From NCBI RefSeq assembly GCF_009914755.1, contig NC_060937.1: DNA of 64,000 nt; one strand, 5' to 3'. Below are positions 54,901 through 64,000 of this stretch, piece after piece; positions within the stretch are counted from its first letter, which is position 1; every line of letters begins with the position of its first letter. The notes beneath the pieces are model-generated. The model saw only the letters and a program-made list of their open reading frames with translations. It made no database searches and was not told where the DNA came from. The stretch is from the human T2T-CHM13v2.0 reference genome, Homo sapiens. The translations under genes were made by a program, and so were the position numbers.

Positions 54901-55855
54901 ACAGGAACAAAACCTTATATATAAATATAACTTTGAACATAAATGGCATATATGCTCCACTTAAAATATATAGACTGGCAAATTAGATTTAAAAAAAAGA
55001 AGACGCAACCTTCGGCTGCCTACAAGAGACCTCTCTAATGGCTAAAGACATCTGCAGGCTCGAAGTAAAGAGATTGTAAACAATATGTCACAGTCACACA
55101 AATGAAAAGCAAAAGTGAGCAAGAGTAGCCATTCTTATATCAGATAAAACAGACATTAAACCAACAACAGTAAAAAAGGACAAAGAAGGGCATTATATCA
55201 TTCAAAAGGAGTTCAATAAAACCAGAAGATTTAGCTATCCTAAATATAAATGCACCCAACACAATAGCACCCATGTTCATAAAACAAGTACTATCTGACA
55301 TAAGAAAAGAGACTGATGGCAATACAATAATAGAGGAGACGTCAACATCTCATTGACAACACTAAACACGTCATTAAGGCAGAAAGTCAACATAGAAACC
55401 CTGTACTTAAACTGAACTGTAGACCAAATGGACCTATTGGACACTTACGGAACATTCTACCCAACAGCCACAATATTCCTGTTGAACGTAGGTGCAAAAA
55501 TCCTCAAGAAAGTACCAGGAAACTGAATCCAACAGCATTTTAAAAAGGCAAATCATTCAAGTGGATTTTATTCCAGAGATGCAAGGATGATTCAACATTT
55601 GCAAATTGATAAATATGATTTGCCACATAGACAATTAAAGACAAAAAATTATATGATTACCTCAATATATGCAGGAAAGGCTTTTGATAAAATCCAACAT
55701 CCCTTAATGATAAAAGCCCTTAACAAACTAGGCATTGAAGAAACATACTTCAAAATATTAAGAGTCATACATGACAAACACACAGCGAACATCACACCAC
55801 TTGGGAAAAAGTTGAAAGCACTACCCATAAGAACTGGAACTGGACAAAGAGAAAT
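51910..55855 (+). mobile_element. L1 (L1PB/L1MA-type) 5' UTR, ORF1 and partial ORF2; internally deleted and 3'-truncated
   Basis: 'aagatggctgactagaaacagct' 5' end; ORF1 remnants about 53830-54830; ORF2 start 'atgacaggaacaaaacctt' near 54898; RT peptide (KNYMITSIYAGKAFDKIQHPLMIKALNKLGIE) in ORF 55587. Confidence 0.92.
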
Positions 55856-56482
55856 TTCACACTTTATAAAGCAAGTAACAATGTTAACAGTATACTTGTT
55901 AACCATTTTAAATTTTACAAAGAAAGGTTATTTTTTTGTTTGTTTTGTTGCAATGTTTGTTGCTAATATTTATATTATCTTTTTTTTACTTTTTTCATCT
56001 TTCGTTATTTATTGTACTCTAAGTTTCGGTGTCATTATCAAATACAAATTATTAGTTATCTTATCAGCATGGTCAATGAAAACCCATAATTTGGGTTAAT
56101 GGAAATATCTTAGTATTGCATACTGAATGGTTGCCTAATGTTCCTAAATCCTTACAATTTAATACAACACTTTTCTTCATTTCCTCAGTGGAATACTAAT
56201 AGAAGGATAGTGAAAAATAGTGCTAATTAATCCAAGATCTTCTTATGTCACACAACATGAAAATGAAAATGAAATGAAAGTATGAATGGCTTATTTGAAT
56301 AAATTATTAAAAATATGACTACACATGATTTTAGCAAGCATATAATTATTTAGGCAGTCTATTCAGGAAGTCTTTCACAGTTCATTGAAGAGTTAAAATG
56401 AAAACAAAACAAAACTTTGGGAAATATATCTGTTTCTGCACAGAGCCACTTTATTCCAGGCATATACCTAATAAAAGCAAAT

Positions 56483-56650
56483 ATTATATATATATGTATA
56501 AATATATATATGTATAAATATGTTTATATGTGCATATATTTATACATATATACATATACATATTTATATACATATATTTATTTATTTATAAATATGTTTA
56601 TAAATTTATATTTATTTATAAATATATTTATATTTATACATACATATATT
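56483..56650. repeat. TA-rich low-complexity repeat
   Basis: Degenerate (TA)n/(TTTATA)n. Confidence 0.9.
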
Positions 56651-59077
56651 TCTCCCACATCAAATAGTATATTCTAAATACCATAAAAATTATAATTGAC
56701 CAACTTAATTTTAAAGAAATGTGTTCTTTCTTTTGAAAATAAAATAGTAAGTAACTATCACTGAAATAATAATACTTTTATCAATCTGAATGTTATTCGC
56801 AGTTTTGCTTCAGTCCATAGGATCAATTTTTTTGACTCTTTACAACATTTACTAAATTAACATTTACAACATTTACTAATTTTACTAAATTTATCTTGGA
56901 ATCCTTAGAAGACTCAATAATGAAAGTAAACACAATTATCTAACAAAACTATTCAATGTTCTTAAATGCTTATTATATTTCTCCATCTCTGTATAAAGTT
57001 TATTGACTAATTGCTGAAATTGTGTTTTGCTTTCTCTTACAGATAGAACATAACCATTGTCAGAAAGTTCTTATATTGCTTAGTTTTATATCTTAGCTGA
57101 ACATAGAATTCTGTTTCATCAAATATTTAATACTGTACAATAGGCTTTATAATTGATTGATACTGTAACAGAAATAAATACTGGCTTACTAATAAAAAAA
57201 GAACAGTAAATCAGTAGAACTAAATAAAACTAAATGATGACACATTAGTGAAATTACAGTGACAAGTTCCTTTCTGTAACCAAGTACTTACAATACAGAA
57301 TATATAAAATCTAAGTGTTAGGCCCTTGATTTTGCCGTCGTTATTTTTGTCTGAGCATGAGACACAAGAGATACCTTTGACAAACGTAATCAATATGTCT
57401 CATGGTTGTTTCAATTCTATTTCCTTATCGGTCTTTGAGAAAACAGTAATTTTTGTGTGTATAATCACTAAGTCTTTAAATAATTTAGCACAGTAAAGTA
57501 TAATGTATATGATTTAGATTAAACTAAATGAAGACACTCTTTTGCAGTTATATATTAGAAAAGATTAAATGCTTTTTTTCAGTCGTCACTCAGACACTTC
57601 TTAAACTAGAAAGCCTGGGCTCATTATAGTTGAAGATAATGATTCTCTGTTTGATATGGAAAATAAAAGTTTTCTCCTTAAATATATAGGACATAGAAAA
57701 ACTCTTAGGAGCATAGTAAAAACAGAAGAATCTTAAACATTTTAGGAGATTTGGACCCTGAAAAAAAAGTCCTTAAAATCCTTCCTTCCTGTATTTGTTT
57801 CTACAATTTATTATTTCTCAATTGCAGCCCTTGCTAATTCTACTGCACTGCTTATAATACATGTTTTCAGACAAATGACTCTTTCTTTTGGCCAATATTA
57901 CAGTGAATAACATTCACAAGTGCCTTTCATTTTTAAATGCTTTACTATTATAAATCAATCTTCTCAGCAACCAGGAGAGGATAATTAACATTATCTCCAT
58001 TTTACAGACAGGAAAACTACTGGAAAAAAAAAAAAAAGGTGGGAGCTGATGCCGAGGCACAAGGTACAGAAATATATTAGAAAGGCAGAGTTTTTCCAGG
58101 ATATTTAAAGAACATTCAATTTCCTAAAGCATCAGAATGTTCTGAGTGGCAAGGAACTGGTTCTGGCAGGGTCATATAGGTGTCTCTATTGTATCCGTAC
58201 AACAATATATATCATATATTAACATACAGCAATCATAAACTACATGCCCTTATATGCACCCTTCATGTATGCCTCCAGAAAATCTTCCTTAATTAGGCTC
58301 TGAATATTTATTTAACCTATGTTTGGGCACACAAATATTTTATGACAAATTAATGCATACCAGTACACATTGTGTGCTACATGATGGGCATATTTTCTGT
58401 TTTTCATATTTTTCTATGTAGTTATGTATCTTCTTTTATACTCCATGACTTTTTTAGGGAAAAAAGCTGTCTTCCATTATATTATTCTAGTGCAGTCTAC
58501 ATAGGAGAATAGGCCTTAACAATGGGCACTTATAATAGATAAAGGTTGGAGATGACCACTATAATTTAATAACTTGGTATTGAATGGAATGAAAAGCAAG
58601 GTGTCAATTCAGGATAAAGAATCTTTGCATATGTTACATAGCTTTGCTCTTCCTTGTGTTTTTCATGTATGAATCCAAAGAAAACAGAATAGAGTCTGGT
58701 GACACAATGTGTGAGACAATAAAATGTTATTAGCTTATGAGGAATGTGGCATAAAAAACATGAAACATTTGGTGTGTCTCCTAGCTCAACACAAATACTA
58801 CCTGACCAGAAAGACATTTATCCTTCTCATTCTATTCAATTCTAGAAATTCCTTAAAGCATTGCCTAGTAAAACAAGTTAGGATGTTGTTCCAAAAACAT
58901 CTCCCTTACACTTTATTCTCCCTAGAGATAGATTCTGTTTCAAGTGAAGAAACTTGTGTATGAACTGTTTCGAAGATGGTGCTTTTATTTCTCTTTTACA
59001 CTAATTTATCTCCAATTAACAGATATTCTGTGGGTTCCATCCAATTATAAGAGTGTAGAATATCCTGAAATTCTCTA

Positions 59078-59268
59078 GAGCAAGAGTCAGCCATCAACTA
59101 ACCAAGGGTTAAATCTAACCCACAGAATGTTTTTGTATGGATCAAGAACTAATTTTTATGTATATTTTAGGGTATAATAACAAAAAATATATGACAGAGA
59201 CTATATATTGCTTTCAAAGCTTAGAATGTTACCATTATATCTTTGAGAATGAAGCCTACCTAGCCCCT
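59078..59268. mobile_element. MER58-like hAT MITE (degraded)
   Basis: 'caagagtcagcca...gggttaaatctaacccacagaatgtttttgtatgg...tatgacagagactata'. Confidence 0.55.
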
Positions 59269-60038
59269 TATAAAAAATTTTGTCAGTCTGCCAATTAAAA
59301 CATCTCATCAAGTACAGTGTACATAAAAATCATATTCTAAGATGTGACTTTCATGGAGACCATAATTCTGCCTGCCAAGTTTCCTGCAGAAGACTTAAAA
59401 TTCACTGGGCTGTGGGTCTGGGGATGTGAGCCAGCCATTACCCAAGAACATAGATTCATGCAATATTGAAACTATTAATGGCATCTTGCTTAAACTCTAT
59501 CTTTTCTAGTTAAACAGCTGAAACTGGATCAGGTGAAGTGGCTTTGCCCCAAATCAAATAACAGCTTTCAGCAGAGTCAGATCATGCTGGTTCTCTTGAT
59601 GCCTAGTTCAGCAATATTTTGTTGTGTTTTGGGCCACTAGGATGTAAGCAACCAAGGACAGAGACTTAAATTGTCCTTTTCACTATAATACAGACCTCAA
59701 AAAATTGTCATTTCCCTGTAAGTATCATATAATATTTGTTAAATTAATGAATGAGAGAATGAAATACTTTGATACTCAAGGAAACTGACAGCAAGCCGCA
59801 GATGAAAGTAAAGTAATATGCCAATGTTTTACTGGGCTCCATAGGACCAAATATGGTGATAATTCTTGCCATTCTTATTCACAAGGACATCTAGAGTTAA
59901 GCTGAGGGTATTAGGCAGAAATCTCAATAAGGTAGTTTGTATATTTCTGGATATGAGATGAGATGTGAATCTGTTATTTTAATGTAGCACATGCCAATCC
60001 ACATATTTATTTAGTCCTATTTATACTTTAGTCTAATT

Positions 60039-60250
60039 CAGAGGTTTGCAAACTGGCCCACAAGCTAAATGGAGCCCATACCCTTTTTTCAGAAATAAAG
60101 TATTAGAGTCAATGATGTCTATTCAATTACTTATTGTCTACAGCTACTTTAGCATTGCAGTGGCAGACTGTGTACTTATAACAGATATTATAATAAATTA
60201 CCTGAAAAGCATAAAATATTTGTTACCTGGCCTTTACACACAAAAAAAAA
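60039..60250. mobile_element. MER58A hAT MITE
   Basis: 'cagaggtttgcaaactggcccacaagctaaat...aaataaagtatt...aaaatatttgttacctggcctttaca'. Confidence 0.7.
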
Positions 60251-60335
60251 ATCAGTAAGAATAAATCAAAAATCAATTGACCTGGTTAACTGCAAGTGCT
60301 AGAGAATGGGGTGAAAGAGATATGAAGGAAATGAG

Positions 60336-60666
<331 letters not shown>

Positions 60667-61164
60667 TTATATTTAAAACAAATTTAATTAATTTTAAATA
60701 ATTATAGGGGAGACCAAAAATGTAAAAATAAAAATAAATTGAAACAAATGGGCCTAACTTTTACAAATGAACACTAAGAGGCCACTGATGAAAGAAGAAA
60801 AGAGAGAAAGAAACAACAATAATTAAGATATTTATGAATATGACAGTCAACCACATTCCTTTAATTTGGGGCAGGATGAAATACTTGACTACTGCAAATA
60901 AGTCCTGAATTCTTTTTCAGTAGTTTTGTGTATAGTTTTATAGATTAAGTTATATTGGATTTATTTTGTATATATTACAAGATTGAGAAAATAAGTAAAC
61001 GTGCTAATCTTCTTGGGAGTCAGGGCTCTCAGTTTGGAAAAACAGAGTTACAGATACAGATAGGGAAAGGCCAAGAAAAGCTCGGATTAGAATTGGAATC
61101 CTTGATATTAACTTGAGATTTCTAAAGTATGTATTTGTGAAAGTATATATACCTATACACACAC

Positions 61165-61761
61165 ATAGTCAATACTCATTATTCACAGAAGGTATGTTAC
61201 ATAAAGTTGGCATACTGAATTTCCAATTTCCTAGATGGAAAGCATGGTTAGGTTTCTCCAAGTCTGTAGTCTCAATAGTTCTATCAATAGATCAGTACAT
61301 AAACTAGTTTTATATGTGTTTCTATTTAAATATATGTTATTAAGCATATAATGTTGATTGATTAACACTGAACTTGTGGTCAATAGCACTCTAAGCTTAT
61401 TTTGCATAGAGAAACACTAGACATCACTTGCTTCAGCACTACCATGGTGTGCTGTTTCAAACAGTGAAATCAACAACAAAAGGCACAAAAATGCAAAAAA
61501 AAAATACATGTGACACTACATAGACCCTCAGACACTTGTTTACAGTATGAGCTCTGAAACAAGAAGGCAGGGTCAAACCTTGTTTGACCTCACTTGGGAA
61601 CCTGTGTGTCAGTAACTCAAAATGCTTGTCTCTCTGCTGCTCTGTGAATTTCTGCAAATAACCGCAATAGTACCTTAAGTATTGACTTTGGGGTTACAGA
61701 TACAGTTTGGTGAGTAGACAAACTCGCAAACATGAAATCCATAAATAATGAGAATTGACTG
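61165..61761. mobile_element. MER82-like Tigger-family DNA transposon
   Basis: Inverted termini 'agtcaatactcattattcacaga' and 'tccataaataatgagaattgactg'; 'ggggttacagatacagtttggtgagtagacaaactcgcaaa'. Confidence 0.75.
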
Positions 61762-61931
61762 TTTATGTGCATGTGTATATATATGTATGCATGTCTCTAT
61801 ATGTATGTTTGTATATATGTATGTATGCATATGTACGGATGACTAGACATATATATATTTTTGAGTTGTGTGGACTAAAAAGGCCTAGGAGAAAGAACTC
61901 TCTAATAGTAAAGAATATATCTAACACTCGA

Positions 61932-62237
61932 TTTTTTTTTTTTTTTTTTTTTTTTTGAGACGGAGTCTCGTTCTGTCCCCCGGGCTGGAGTGCAGTGACC
62001 AATCTCGGCTCACTGCAAGCTCCACCTCCCAGGTTCACGCCATTCTGGTGCCTCAGTCTCCCGAGTAGCTGGGACTACAGCCGCCCGCAACCATGCCCGG
62101 CTAATTTTTTGTATTTGTAGTAGAGATGGGGTTTCACCGTGTTAGCCAGGGTGGTCTCCATCTCCTGATCTCGTGATCCGCCCACCTCGGCCTCCCAGAG
62201 TGTTGGGATTACAGACATGAGCCACTGCGCCCAGCCC
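61932..62237 (-). mobile_element. AluY, full length with ~25-nt poly(A)
   Basis: Diagnostics 'gcaagctccacctcccaggttcacgccattct' and 'accgtgttagccagg'. Confidence 0.95.
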
Positions 62238-63479
62238 CAAATTTGTGTTTCTAATAACCATTCCTCATTAAAGAAGCCAAAGCTCCTGTGAGAAGTGACT
62301 GAGTTCAGGGTGAGACCTAAAGAGAAGCCTGGAACAGTTCGTTATACCAGGATATAAAGAGGTGCTCAATAAAATAATGCAGCATGTCACAAGCACAGCT
62401 GTATTATTTTACAGGGCCAGCTAGAGCAACTTGCTCTGGCCACTTCTGGGACAATCTGAGCATTAAAACGATGTTTTTTATCAAGGCAATTACTAAAAAT
62501 GTTTGCAGAAATGAAAATATAACTCTTCTCACTACATGTTTATTTTAGTGAGTTTAGCTTTTTAACAAAAACTATGAAAAATTTATTTATTTGGACATGT
62601 AGTAAGTTTATCGTTGATACTTTAAAATAAATAAATATATATATTATCAATTTCTGAATAATTATATTTCCGGAAAAAATTGATAGACCTTATTCACATA
62701 AACAAAAATTCTTTGAAGTCCATAGTGTTTTTTAAAGTGGAAGATGTCCTGCGTTTTTTAAAAAAATGAGAGCTGCTAGTTTTGGTAAATTCTATTGCTA
62801 TTATTATTATAGTTGCAAGATATGAAGGGAGTTACCAATTATTAGAGTGAAGAGATAAGTTGTTCTTTCAGAGAAGAGTTTATCCTTCATCTCAGCTGTT
62901 CTTAAAAGATGATCAAGTAGCAAAAAGATAGGAAGGATTTTCTTGAAGGAAGAGCAAAAAAGGATGTATGTTTGATATATTTGAAATAATGTGGCATTTA
63001 TCTATTAAATTTAAGTACTATAGCTTTTTACTGCTTAGGTGGGTTTTTTTTTGCTTTAATAAGGACTATAAGAAGTGAAGTAAGTATTCCTTTTAATATT
63101 TTTAATAAGAAAAATTACTTCTTTAAAATACGAGATCCTAATAGAAAAATATGAAGCCTGAATTTCCACTTAGAAATTTCCAGCGCACATTAGCTTCTCA
63201 AGCTGGGAAATAATCCAGTAAAGAAATGTGTTCTACTTTGTTTACTCAGCATTAATCACTCATTTAACCCATAAAGGAGTATTTTGACACCAACCTCTTT
63301 TAATGTTTTGGGAATACAAATGCATGGTATTATAGCATGCATGTTCTTATTGTATAGTAAGTGGGAAGTAATTTTTAAAATTTTAGCCATGGAATAATAT
63401 GATTAATTTTGTGTTTACAAGTATCTGTGTACTACCAATAAATGCACTGGATTTGAAACATCATATCTAGAGGTGTGTC

Positions 63480-63735
63480 TCCCAAGCTAAAACAATGAGA
63501 GTTTAGATAAAGAAAGAAACAGCACGATAAAGAAGCTGGAACATATCTAAGGGTTTTTAAGGCAGTAGATATATTGAGTTCCTGACCTCAGCTGGATGGA
63601 AGGATGTGAATGAAGAGGAGATGAGAATGATTAGATTTATAATGGGAATAAGACAAATTGTGTAATTCACCAAAATAGGGAACCCAAAGTAGAGTGAGGA
63701 AAAAAAGTTTAGACATATTCATTTGAGATACAAAT
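63480..63735 (-). mobile_element. L2 fragment
   Basis: 'gatggaaggatgtgaatgaagaggagatgagaatga' and 'gtttagacatattcatttgagata'. Confidence 0.5.
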
Positions 63736-64000
63736 AAACAAAAAAGTTTAAAGTTTAACTTTTAACTTTGAAAGTTAAACTAATCTCAGAAACACCAAAC
63801 TGAGGAAAAAAAGTAACTTGTAGAAAATGCATGCAGTATGAAAACATATATGTAAATGTTTACAACAAAACATTAATATACATTGTTTAAAGATACATGT
63901 GGAGTAGAGTAGAGAGATAGGAATGGCAATAAGTAATCAAATAGAGGTTATGATTGGTGGGAAGAAAGATATGATTGGAAAGAATACAGGAAGGTTCAAA

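Noticed and set aside
55587-56099. Longest ORF (170 aa)
   Set aside because: The N-terminal part is decayed L1 ORF2 reverse transcriptase; the rest is read-through into T-rich flank.
63753-63780. 10-bp hairpin gtttaacttt/aaagttaaac
   Set aside because: Low-complexity AT-rich context; no evidence of function, and bacterial-style terminators are irrelevant here.

Overview
AT-rich, repeat-dense primate genomic DNA, almost certainly human (AluY/S/J, L1PA/PB/M, THE1, MER11, MER1B). I see no intact protein-coding gene, RNA gene or prokaryotic-type system, and nearly all supplied ORFs are repeat-derived or chance. The one gene-derived feature is a minus-strand processed pseudogene of STAR (steroidogenic acute regulatory protein; STARP1, known to lie on chr13) at about 47987-50108. 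It is bounded by a 14-bp target-site duplication (TSD), and its poly(A) tail has decayed to (CA)n. Points of interest in it: (i) inside the TSDs it carries the STAR proximal promoter plus about 177 bp of extra 5' sequence, joined where the parent has a splice-acceptor-like site, which suggests a fossil upstream-exon STAR transcript; (ii) a tail-less, 3'-truncated Alu that still has a TSD; (iii) CpG-decay changes identical to pathogenic STAR alleles (R182C, V187M, R188C); (iv) a fold-back templated insertion. Elsewhere there are a perfect 155-bp tandem duplication in MER1B, a 128-bp duplication over an L1 junction, internally deleted L1s, templated-insertion scars and nested LTRs. Comparisons with parental STAR and repeat consensus sequences are from memory, not from alignments. 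Repeat subfamily names and most repeat boundaries are approximate.
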